Made by a program: the position numbers and the translations under genes
Assembly (NCBI GenBank): GCA_964352205.1
Contig: CAYGQO010000002.1
Location: 594,976-618,975, forward strand
Origin: an uncultured Roseivirgaceae bacterium
GTDB lineage: Bacteria > Bacteroidota > Bacteroidia > Cytophagales > Cyclobacteriaceae
Length of the DNA: 24,000 nucleotides
Direction: 5' to 3'
Shown here: piece by piece, positions 9,331-16,546 of the stretch
How positions within the stretch are numbered: the first letter of the stretch is position 1
Layout: each line of letters begins with the position of its first letter
Notes under the pieces: generated by a model
What the model was told of the DNA's origin: nothing
What the model saw: only the letters and a program-made list of their open reading frames with translations
The model's database searches: none

Positions 9331-9630
9331 TTAGCCTCCTATACTAACCGTTGGGCAACCGAGCATAATGGTTCCACCATGCGCTGTTGCGTCTCCCATT
9401 CGGGCTGCTGGTGCTCCCTCAATTGATACCGTAGCTGAACCCTTAACAATAACGTCAGGCGGACCAACGCAAATTAGCATATCTCCCACCTTAGCTGCGG
9501 GTAAGCCGCCAATTAATACCGTTGGAGCTCCAGGTCCTACAATGGGCCCTCCAACATGAGGGATTGGTACGATGGCAGGTTCTTCCATTGGGCACTCATG
9601 AAAATCTGTAAGTCTTGCTGCTGGAGGCAT
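9331..9630 (-). CDS. PAAR domain protein (minimal, 99 aa, no N- or C-terminal extension)
   Basis: Three PAAR-type motifs at the expected spacing: PPAARLTD (res 2-9), LPAAKVGD (43-50) and APAARMGD (73-80). Gly/Pro-rich beta strands and conserved His/Cys residues (H11, C13, C54, H84, C92) are present. The gene starts 10 nt after the spike gene stop. Confidence 0.9.
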   Translation of the reverse strand: MPPAARLTDFHECPMEEPAIVPIPHVGGPIVGPGAPTVLIGGLPAAKVGDMLICVGPPDVIVKGSATVSIEGAPAARMGDATAHGGTIMLGCPTVSIGG

Positions 9631-9640
9631 AAATTCTAAA

Positions 9641-10477
9641 TTAATTGATGGACACCATTGCCCCGTTAATTACTAATTGACCTTTGGCTTTAATAGATAG
9701 GGACAAGTTACTCTCAATAGAAATTCCCGAAGGAGATAAGGTAATGGCGTTACCATTTTTGTCTTTTATCTCAATTACCTCTTGGTCGTCTATCCTGCTT
9801 AAGTCTGAAACCAAATCCATCTCGGAGGTTATTTCAGTCTCCAGTGACGAATCATGCTCAATCAATGAAGATTCTTCTTCGTTCAAGCCAATATTTATAC
9901 TCGTAATCCATTGACCATCGGCTACGTGATGGTTCACACCAGCGACAAATTGATTACCCGCAAAACGTTTGCCTAAACCTTCTAAAGTAATCACACAGCC
10001 AGCTGTCAACTGACTGCTTCCAAAAACGTGTAAATCGCCCATTATCTGAGTACCTAAACTTGGGTCCACATTCAGACTACAAGTCAAGATGTCTTGACCA
10101 TAAACGAGCTTAAGGCTTGATTTAGCCTTTTGAAGGTCTGCTAGCGCAAAGGGATGAGCTTGGTGTGTGCCTTCACAAATCACCTCATAACCAGCACCTT
10201 GTTCTGGCTTTATGTATAGATTTTGACTTGAAATGGCACCCTTAAAAATTGACTGATTATTATTATCGTAGCCGAGCTTAATTTCAATTTGTCGATTGGC
10301 TTCAAGGTCACTTGAGTCTACTAATGCCGAAACATCTTCACCCGCGAGGAATATTATTCTGGCTTGCGCCACACCGGAAACATTGTGATACACTTCTAAT
10401 TCAACTACCTGCAATGCGTAATCAAGGGGTTTTCCTTCTGAGTATACTTGAAATGTAACCATGCCTGCCTGTATCAT
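9641..10477 (-). CDS. Compact VgrG/gp5-like central spike protein (278 aa)
   Basis: The N-terminus (VTFQVYSEGKPL...VYHNVSGVAQARIIF...IEIKLGYDNNNQSIFKGAI) resembles the start of VgrG/late-control-D-type proteins. Residues about 145-197 (GDLHVFGSSQLTAGCVITLEGLGKRFAGNQFVAGVNHHVADGQWITSINIG) resemble the OB-fold segment. An acidic/Ser linker follows, then a short beta-helix-like tail (IEIKDKNGNAITLSPSGISIESNLSLSIKAKGQLVINGAMVSIN). It lies immediately upstream of a PAAR gene. The assignment is from remembered alignment patterns, not a search. Confidence 0.65.
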   Translation of the reverse strand: MIQAGMVTFQVYSEGKPLDYALQVVELEVYHNVSGVAQARIIFLAGEDVSALVDSSDLEANRQIEIKLGYDNNNQSIFKGAISSQNLYIKPEQGAGYEVICEGTHQAHPFALADLQKAKSSLKLVYGQDILTCSLNVDPSLGTQIMGDLHVFGSSQLTAGCVITLEGLGKRFAGNQFVAGVNHHVADGQWITSINIGLNEEESSLIEHDSSLETEITSEMDLVSDLSRIDDQEVIEIKDKNGNAITLSPSGISIESNLSLSIKAKGQLVINGAMVSIN

Positions 10478-10567
10478 ATAGCTAATATTTAATTCATGGA
10501 AAGTTGATGATTTTGAACTAGGAATACAATCATCATAATTCTAATCAAACTTTGAAAGTTATAGTCT

Positions 10568-10575
10568 TACCTTTG
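10568..10575 (+). promoter_or_regulatory. Bacteroidota-type -7 promoter box (TACCTTTG = TAnnTTTG) for the SDR gene
   Basis: Exact TAnnTTTG match 18 nt upstream of the ATG at 10593, with an upstream TTTG at 10551-10554. The TTTG spacing is shorter than the canonical -33/-7 spacing. Confidence 0.45.
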
Positions 10576-10592
10576 TCTTGAAACCGTGATGC

Positions 10593-12152
10593 ATGGATAG
10601 CAAACAAGCAGGCGCACCCACTGAACCACTGAGTGCCCAACAAATAGAGCAGTGTATTGAAATTCTAAATACACTCAATCAGGACACCAATCAGATTTTC
10701 GAGATCCCCAAAGAAACACGGTTAGCGCTTTTAAAAGCTGCAGGACAGCTTTCACGACCGAATAGAGATGAGTTTGCGAAACGCAAGAAGGACGCAAAAA
10801 AGGCTATAAAACGAAAACAAGCGGCCAGAGACAAACATGCTCGGAACACCACGGGTATACGCAGTGCCAGAGAAGCTACCATCTTCATTGCCCCCACCAT
10901 GTCACAACTTACAGGCAAAGAAGCGGACGAGGCACCGGTGCTTGAATCTCCAAGAAATTGCTATGTGTGTAAGGCCGTTTTCAACAAACTCCATCACTTC
11001 TATGATACCATGTGTACTGAATGCGGTGACTTTAACTATGCCAAACGCTACCAAACGGCAGACCTCACAGGACAAGTAGCCCTGGTCACAGGTTCAAGGT
11101 TGAAAATTGGATATCACATCACTTTGATGATGCTTCGTGCAGGAGCCACAGTGATTGCCACCACCCGCTTTCCAGTTGATTCGGCCCTACGCTTTGCCAA
11201 AGAGCATGACTTCAGCGATTGGAGTGACCGATTGAAAATTCACGGACTTGACCTAAGGCATATCCCGAGTGTTGAAATCTTCTGCAACTTCATTGAGCAG
11301 CAATACGATCGATTGGATGTATTAATCAACAATGCTGCACAAACCGTAAGGCGTCCTTCTGGTTTCTATAAGCACCTCATGTCCAATGAAAACAAGCCTT
11401 TCGAGCAACTCCCTCCTTTTGCCCAAACGCTATTGGCAGATCATGATGCCTGCCTGAAAGAACTTCGCGCCCTGAGTGAGGGCATGGACAAAGGGCAGAA
11501 CAAGAACTTACCAGTCACCTGGCACGGAAAACAACTGGGTATTGGACTCAGTGCTTCAGCCCAGCTTTCTCAGATCCCTTACAGCATTGATAATTCACTC
11601 ACTGCTGAAGAGGTATTCCCGGATGGAAAACTTGATGCAGATTTACAGCAAGTTGACCTGCGCAAAACAAACAGCTGGCGCTTAAAACTGGGTGAAATCC
11701 CGACCACTGAGATGCTGGAAGTTCAGTTGGTCAACTCTGTGGCTCCCTTTGTATTATGCAATCGACTCGTCAATCTGATGAAAAAAGAAAACACGGGAAT
11801 GAAGCATGTCATCAACGTTTCCGCTATGGAGGGTAAGTTCCACCAATTCCATAAAGAGGACCGTCACCCACATACCAATATGGCCAAAGCAGCTTTGAAT
11901 ATGATGACACTCACGTCCGCCTCAGACTTTGCCAAACATGGCATCTACACCAATGCCGTAGACACCGGTTGGGTAACAGATGAAGACCCTATCGAGCTTG
12001 CTAAACGAAAGGAAGAATTGCATGACTTTCAGCCACCATTAGACATTGTCGATGGTGCTGCGCGTGTATTAGATCCACTTTTCGATGGTATCAATACAGG
12101 AAAGCATTGGAATGGCAAGTTTTTGAAGGACTACAAGCCTATCTCTTGGTAA
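10593..12152 (+). CDS. SDR-family oxidoreductase with long N-terminal extension and CxxC...CxxC zinc-ribbon
   Basis: Rossmann motif [13 protein letters not shown] (res 163-175) and NNAAQ (246-250). A four-Cys ribbon CYVC...CTEC covers res 123-144 (nt 10959-11024). A basic stretch (res about 55-90) precedes it. The C-terminal SDR half is NVSAMEG...[11 protein letters not shown]. Confidence 0.75.
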   Translation: MDSKQAGAPTEPLSAQQIEQCIEILNTLNQDTNQIFEIPKETRLALLKAAGQLSRPNRDEFAKRKKDAKKAIKRKQAARDKHARNTTGIRSAREATIFIAPTMSQLTGKEADEAPVLESPRNCYVCKAVFNKLHHFYDTMCTECGDFNYAKRYQTADLTGQVALVTGSRLKIGYHITLMMLRAGATVIATTRFPVDSALRFAKEHDFSDWSDRLKIHGLDLRHIPSVEIFCNFIEQQYDRLDVLINNAAQTVRRPSGFYKHLMSNENKPFEQLPPFAQTLLADHDACLKELRALSEGMDKGQNKNLPVTWHGKQLGIGLSASAQLSQIPYSIDNSLTAEEVFPDGKLDADLQQVDLRKTNSWRLKLGEIPTTEMLEVQLVNSVAPFVLCNRLVNLMKKENTGMKHVINVSAMEGKFHQFHKEDRHPHTNMAKAALNMMTLTSASDFAKHGIYTNAVDTGWVTDEDPIELAKRKEELHDFQPPLDIVDGAARVLDPLFDGINTGKHWNGKFLKDYKPISW

Positions 12153-12171
12153 GAGAAAGTATGCTTAACCT

Positions 12172-12200
12172 TATCTCCTTTTCGAAAGAAGATATTTTAG
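12172..12200 (+). terminator. Weak terminator candidate after the SDR gene
   Basis: TATCTCC (12172-12178) pairs with GAAGATA (12188-12194) with one mismatch and a 9-nt loop, followed by TTTT. Confidence 0.3.
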
Positions 12201-12252
12201 TCCTTTCAACACACTGACACTATTATGCTCAACAATCCCAATTAGAGGCACC

Positions 12253-12762
12253 TTACTTTTTCCCTTCATCAATATTTTTCACAGCCATGGCTAACACTAT
12301 TGGAGCTAGACTTAAGATAGTACTAATGGTTTGAGTGGTTGTGGCCTCTGCTAGTATGTGAAGGTTTGCTTGACCAGCAACAGAGTTCATCATCATTTGA
12401 CTCATGCTATGGACAAAAGCATCTTCCAAGGATTTACTTCCGCTTTCCTCCTTCGCCTTTATTGGGGTACTCTCCTTTTTGGCAGATTGCGCTGTAATGG
12501 CCTGTTTCCTTTCTTCAGCTTGTTTAGCAGACTGCTTTTGTGCCTCTTCTAGCTGCTTTTCAACACCAGCCCTTGCCACATTAATCTCCATCTTGTTGAG
12601 TGTAGACATAGCGCCAAGGGTATTATTGATGAGGCTTTCACAGAATGATAAAAAGACCTTGTTCTCTTGATCAATGCTTTCGGCCAAAATCACTGCGGCA
12701 GCTCTTGCATCTGCGGTTACTTGAGCAAATTCTTGTGACGGGTTAGGTACTTCTGTTGGCAT
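12253..12762 (-). CDS. Hypothetical protein; possible RebB ('killing trait', R-body) related domain interrupted by a charged coiled-coil insert
   Basis: 169-aa ORF. Res 15-30 (VTADARAAAVILAESI) and res 117-150 (VHSMSQMMMNSVAGQANLHILAEATTTQTISTIL) resemble the two conserved blocks of RebB-family proteins as I recall them (..VKVLGESPA.. and ..NAV.AQQQ.NI..QAATTQG..). Res about 62-110 are Lys/Glu/Gln/Ala-rich. Confidence 0.35.
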   Translation of the reverse strand: MPTEVPNPSQEFAQVTADARAAAVILAESIDQENKVFLSFCESLINNTLGAMSTLNKMEINVARAGVEKQLEEAQKQSAKQAEERKQAITAQSAKKESTPIKAKEESGSKSLEDAFVHSMSQMMMNSVAGQANLHILAEATTTQTISTILSLAPIVLAMAVKNIDEGKK

Positions 12763-12829
12763 GTTTGTGTGGTTTAGTTGAGTCTGTAAGTTATGGAGCT
12801 TTCCGGCAGTCTATATGGTTGTTTTCAGC

Positions 12830-12837
12830 CAAATCTA
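12830..12837 (-). promoter_or_regulatory. Bacteroidota-type -7 box (TAGATTTG on the minus strand) upstream of the RebB-like gene
   Basis: Plus-strand CAAATCTA at 12830-12837 is an exact TAnnTTTG on the minus strand, about 68 nt upstream of the start codon at 12762. Confidence 0.4.
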
Positions 12838-12894
12838 ATTTTGCGCTAGCTGAATAAATAGACTTTGAAGCAGTCAACTAAACAATAAGGAAGC

Positions 12895-12933
12895 AAAAAT
12901 AGACAAGCCCGACTTTTGCAAACCGAGCTTGTC
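12895..12933 (-). terminator. Rho-independent terminator candidate after the NHL-lipoprotein gene
   Basis: GACAAGC (12902-12908) pairs with GCTTGTC (12927-12933). On the minus strand this is followed by TATTTTT (12895-12901). It begins 25 nt after the stop codon. The loop is long (18 nt). Confidence 0.45.
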
Positions 12934-12957
12934 ACGTTTATTCCAAAGAGCACTGCA

Positions 12958-14289
12958 CTATTGATCTAGCGGGATGACTCTAATGTTAGAAAGACCCCCA
13001 GCAATGGATTCAGAGACATAAAGCACTCTTTTATCCTTATCGACAGCAATGCCATTTGGTCCAGAAAAAGAAGCCTTGTCCAACTCACCGTTGCCAGAAC
13101 TGTTCGCTCCGCTACCCGCAAACTCTGTAACCTCTCCGGCCAATGACATTTTATAAATTTTTCTAGCACCTCCGGAAGTAGCATATACATAACCTTCAAA
13201 ATAGGTCAGATAGCCAATCACGGAACCTTGTCCACCTGCAGGTATTTTCCCTATGAGGGTAACATCACCGCTAGGATTGATGGAAAGCACGTCACCGGTA
13301 TCAAAATTCCCAACAATGATATTTCCATCGTTACCATAAACAATGCCTACTCCTCCACTGAGCCGTGAATTAGTTGCGAATTCGGTAACTGTACCTTCAG
13401 GGGTCACTTTGCTCACAACTCCTCGATTATAATTGCTGACGTAAAAATTACCATCTGTACCCAATAGCAAACCTGCTGGGTAGCCTTGAATGGTTGCTAT
13501 AGTAGTTTTTGTACCGTCTGTGGCTATTTTTAAAAGATTGCCTCTGGTAAAATTATTATCATCGTTTACATAGAAATTACCTTCTGCGTCAATGGCATTT
13601 CCAACCGGACTTGAAAGTCCCGTAACAAATTCAGAAACCTGACCATCTGGCGTAATTTTAAGTGCCTTAGTACCACTTCCCTTACCTTTGGATGGATCCC
13701 AAACCCCATAGTTAGAAACGTAGATGTTACCATCAGCATCAACCGAGACCGCATCATTTGCCTGTATTCTGCTTACAAGCGTGCTGGTTTCAGCATTAAT
13801 TAACATTTCAACAGCTTCTGACGCATCAGACAAGGCGTAAACCATTTCACCATTAAAGTCACCCATAGACAGTACTAAAAGTTTATAAGACTCGCCTTCT
13901 TGAATGGCTGCACCATCAAAGTCCTGCTGTGTTGGAGATAATTTTTCGGCATAGACAGTTCCACTTCCTGCCACGGCAGTATATCTATTGGCATCCAAAG
14001 CTTTCGCAGATTCTAAGTCTACACCATCTATGGTTGCCGTTTTCACGATAATCAGTCTATATTCTTGAATAGATTCTCGCGCCTGACCAGCACTAAATTC
14101 TACTTGAATATCACTGGAGTCTCCATTATTTGCCACATCACCAACGGCCGTTACACTGGCTTGATATTCGCTAATATTTAATACAGGTTCTTCAGTTGGA
14201 GTATCTCCATCGCAAGACATAGCCGTGGCCATAAAGAATAGAAGACAGAAGAAGATTGGTTTTCTTGAGCATTTGTTAATCATAGTCAT
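12958..14289 (-). CDS. Lipoprotein with N-terminal Ig-like region and NHL/SMP-30-type six-bladed beta-propeller repeats
   Basis: Signal peptide plus lipobox Cys (LLFFMATAMSCDGD). Repeated blades of the form DGNIYVSNY..., EGNFYVNDD..., DGNFYVSNYNRGVVSKVTPEGTVTEF, DGNIIVGNFDTGDV and PNGIAVDKDKRVLYVSE. Confidence 0.7.
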   Translation of the reverse strand: MTMINKCSRKPIFFCLLFFMATAMSCDGDTPTEEPVLNISEYQASVTAVGDVANNGDSSDIQVEFSAGQARESIQEYRLIIVKTATIDGVDLESAKALDANRYTAVAGSGTVYAEKLSPTQQDFDGAAIQEGESYKLLVLSMGDFNGEMVYALSDASEAVEMLINAETSTLVSRIQANDAVSVDADGNIYVSNYGVWDPSKGKGSGTKALKITPDGQVSEFVTGLSSPVGNAIDAEGNFYVNDDNNFTRGNLLKIATDGTKTTIATIQGYPAGLLLGTDGNFYVSNYNRGVVSKVTPEGTVTEFATNSRLSGGVGIVYGNDGNIIVGNFDTGDVLSINPSGDVTLIGKIPAGGQGSVIGYLTYFEGYVYATSGGARKIYKMSLAGEVTEFAGSGANSSGNGELDKASFSGPNGIAVDKDKRVLYVSESIAGGLSNIRVIPLDQ

Positions 14290-14367
14290 TTATAGTTTGA
14301 TAAAAATTGAATCAAACTTGACGGATTGAACAATGAGAATCGACCGAATGGGTACAAGTACACACCT

Positions 14368-15501
14368 TTACGCTACCTGAGACCTACTTTTTAGGTTCTT
14401 AATGTATTCGCTTGGGGTAATACCAACTTGTGTTTTGAACGCCTTGTTAAAGGTAGATTTGGAGTTAAACCCTACATCCATGGCTATGGCCAGTAACGTT
14501 TGTTGGGCATGGTCATTGGCATGAATGCGCGTTAAGAACTCCTTAATACGATATTCATTGATGAAGTCATAAAAGCTAGATTTATACGCGTTGTTTAACA
14601 ACCAAGAAACATCATTGGAAGATGCCCTCAATAACTTAGAGAGCCCCCCTAACGTCAACTCATTGTCTAAATAGACATGATTGTCTCGCAATAGGGTTTC
14701 TAAAGAGGCTTTTAATTGAGTTGTTTCAGCAGTGCTCAACCTCTTATGCTGAACCTTGAGCTTTTCCGGCTTTACTATTCTAAAAAGCTCTGGTTGCCTT
14801 AAGCTATAATAACCAACAATGTAGATGAAGAATGGAATTGCAACCCAAATGCTGTCATAGGAAATGATCATTGACACATTACGGAAATAGTAAGCATTGA
14901 CATAGCTGAACAGCCAAAAAAGCATGCATACAGTTATTGTACTTAAATAAAGAAATAGAAAACGATGGAAGTCTTGCGGGTTGGAGAGACGTCTCTTTTC
15001 TTCTTTTCTGTATCGATTGAGTAAGCTGAAATTCTTAGCAAGATAGATGAGGTTAGCACTGAGCCCCACCGCTTCAAAGGCGTTGAATGTCCAATAGATA
15101 TAGCCTTGCTGATAAAGGCTGAGACGGGTAGCTTCATCAATTACGTTGAGGTAAATGAAAATACCAGCGTATATAAATGCAGGCAGATAGTGCCACCAAG
15201 GTAATTTATATTTTGCTTCAGACTTAATAATTAACCTACGCACATACAGATAGGTTAATGGCCCGAAAAGAAAGATAATACTGTCCGTAAATGACAACCA
15301 TTTAAAGATGTGTAGCGCAAATTGATGAGCGATGATCATGCGACCCGTCAGTACAAAAGCGGTAACTAAAAGTATTTGAACCAATACCTTATTCGCATTT
15401 TTATTTTGATCCTTAATTCGTGTTAAGGCAACAGCCAAAAAAAGGCCCTGGACTATACCGAGTGATAAAACAATATCTATAAGCTCAAACTTCATAGGCA
15501 T
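14368..15501 (-). CDS. AraC-family transcriptional regulator with N-terminal multi-pass membrane domain
   Basis: About 7 hydrophobic segments in res 1-235. The C-terminal AraC HTH pair is LTLGGLSKLLRASSNDVSWLLN...FYDFINEYRIKEF...TLLAIAMDVGFNSKSTFNKAFKTQVGITPSEY. Confidence 0.8.
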   Translation of the reverse strand: MPMKFELIDIVLSLGIVQGLFLAVALTRIKDQNKNANKVLVQILLVTAFVLTGRMIIAHQFALHIFKWLSFTDSIIFLFGPLTYLYVRRLIIKSEAKYKLPWWHYLPAFIYAGIFIYLNVIDEATRLSLYQQGYIYWTFNAFEAVGLSANLIYLAKNFSLLNRYRKEEKRRLSNPQDFHRFLFLYLSTITVCMLFWLFSYVNAYYFRNVSMIISYDSIWVAIPFFIYIVGYYSLRQPELFRIVKPEKLKVQHKRLSTAETTQLKASLETLLRDNHVYLDNELTLGGLSKLLRASSNDVSWLLNNAYKSSFYDFINEYRIKEFLTRIHANDHAQQTLLAIAMDVGFNSKSTFNKAFKTQVGITPSEYIKNLKSRSQVA

Positions 15502-15760
15502 GAATGACTGCGGAAAATCAGTAGTTTAAAAAATGACACCCAACTGCTAATTAAAAAGCTGGGGTATTTCACTTCACATTTCAAACGTTAAAGATTTACA
15601 AAGTGTCAGTTCTAGCAAAACTTATTCTAAAAATACTGCCATAGCAGTTCCATTTACTACCCTTAGCACCGCGAAGTATCTCCATGAACAGCCTCCAAAA
15701 TAGAGCGTCATTTTGATCCTTTACTTCAAAAGGAGATATCTACCTTCTTCACTATAAATC

Positions 15761-15782
15761 TCGAGATAAATTCGAGATAGAT
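15761..15782. repeat. Tandem 11-bp direct repeat (TCGAGATAAAT / TCGAGATAGAT) in the AraC / NAD(P)H-binding divergent promoter region
   Basis: Two adjacent units match at 10 of 11 positions, preceded by a partial third unit (ATAAAT, 15754-15759). They lie 69-90 nt upstream of the ATG at 15851. Confidence 0.5.
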
Positions 15783-15825
15783 AGAGTGACGAATGGCTCC
15801 ATTCCCTACGCTCAGAAAAGTGTTT

Positions 15826-15833
15826 TAGGTTTG
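15826..15833 (+). promoter_or_regulatory. Bacteroidota-type -7 box (TAGGTTTG) for the NAD(P)H-binding gene
   Basis: Exact TAnnTTTG match 18 nt upstream of the ATG at 15851. Confidence 0.45.
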
Positions 15834-15850
15834 AATTGCCTAACTTCTAG

Positions 15851-16513
15851 ATGGATATGAAAATACTGATCTTAGGCGCAACAGGAAGAACTGGAAAACT
15901 TGTTTTGGAACAGGCTTTGAAAGAAGGATATCGCGTCAATTGTCTTGTCCGAAACCCTGAGAAGATAAAGCTTCAGTCAGAATCGCTGACGGTCTTTAAG
16001 GGAGATACTACCCATGCCGAAGATTTAGAAAAGGCGATCAAAGACTGTGAAGCTGTCATCAGCACCTTGAACATCTCTCGAGGCTCTGATTTTCCTTGGG
16101 CACCCTTAAGAACTCCTTCAGATTTCCTCTCGAATACCATGACACAATTAGTTGATGTTGCGCAGCGACACCCAACCAAAAGGATCATTGTCTGTAGTGC
16201 TTGGGGCGTGGCAGAAACAAAAAGTGACTTACCTAAGTGGTTTAAATGGTTTATCGACCATAGTAACATTGGAATCGCTTATGAAGATCACGAAAGGCAA
16301 GAAGCCATTTTAACAAACTCTGATCTAGACTGGACAATTATAAGGCCTACTGGGCTTACGAATTCAAGGAAGCCAAAAGCCGTGATAGAAAGCCTCAATA
16401 ACCAACCTAAACCCAAGCTTACCATCAGTAGACTCAGTGTAGCCATCTACATGCTAGGTGCTTTGAGTAAACCTCAGCTTATTAGAAAAAAGGTGGTGGT
16501 TTCTAATGAATAG
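15851..16513 (+). CDS. NAD(P)H-binding protein (atypical SDR, NmrA/BVR-B-like)
   Basis: N-terminal Rossmann motif MKILILGATGRTGKLVLEQALKEGYRVNCLVRNPEKI, about 220 aa long, with WTIIRPTGLTN near the C-terminus. The true start may be the second Met (15857). Confidence 0.75.
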   Translation: MDMKILILGATGRTGKLVLEQALKEGYRVNCLVRNPEKIKLQSESLTVFKGDTTHAEDLEKAIKDCEAVISTLNISRGSDFPWAPLRTPSDFLSNTMTQLVDVAQRHPTKRIIVCSAWGVAETKSDLPKWFKWFIDHSNIGIAYEDHERQEAILTNSDLDWTIIRPTGLTNSRKPKAVIESLNNQPKPKLTISRLSVAIYMLGALSKPQLIRKKVVVSNE

Positions 16514-16546
16514 AGCCCCTCAGTTTTCATTAGAATATCGTGATTA

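Noticed and set aside
9368-9559. A 63-aa plus-strand ORF antisense to the PAAR gene.
   Set aside because: The Gly/Pro/Ala-rich PAAR codons generate an open antisense frame. The PAAR reading has three canonical motifs, whereas the antisense product has none.
9641-10477. Annotating the short VgrG-like gene as a pseudogene or truncated fragment.
   Set aside because: The ORF is intact with a plausible start, retains both N-terminal and beta-helix C-terminal features, and is tightly coupled to an intact PAAR gene. Truncation cannot be excluded, but the sequence alone does not support a pseudogene call.
12358-12670. Two overlapping plus-strand ORFs (64 and 88 aa) opposite the 169-aa RebB-like gene.
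   Set aside because: They are shorter than the minus-strand ORF they sit inside. They are Cys/Leu/Phe-rich translations of an antisense Lys/Glu/Ala-rich region, and no promoter box was seen.
8561-14289. The region around the spike-PAAR pair as a possible complete T6SS or eCIS locus.
   Set aside because: The neighbouring ORFs read as a lipid-synthesis enzyme, an SDR, a helical protein and an NHL lipoprotein. None resembles sheath, tube, baseplate wedge, tape-measure or AAA+ components.
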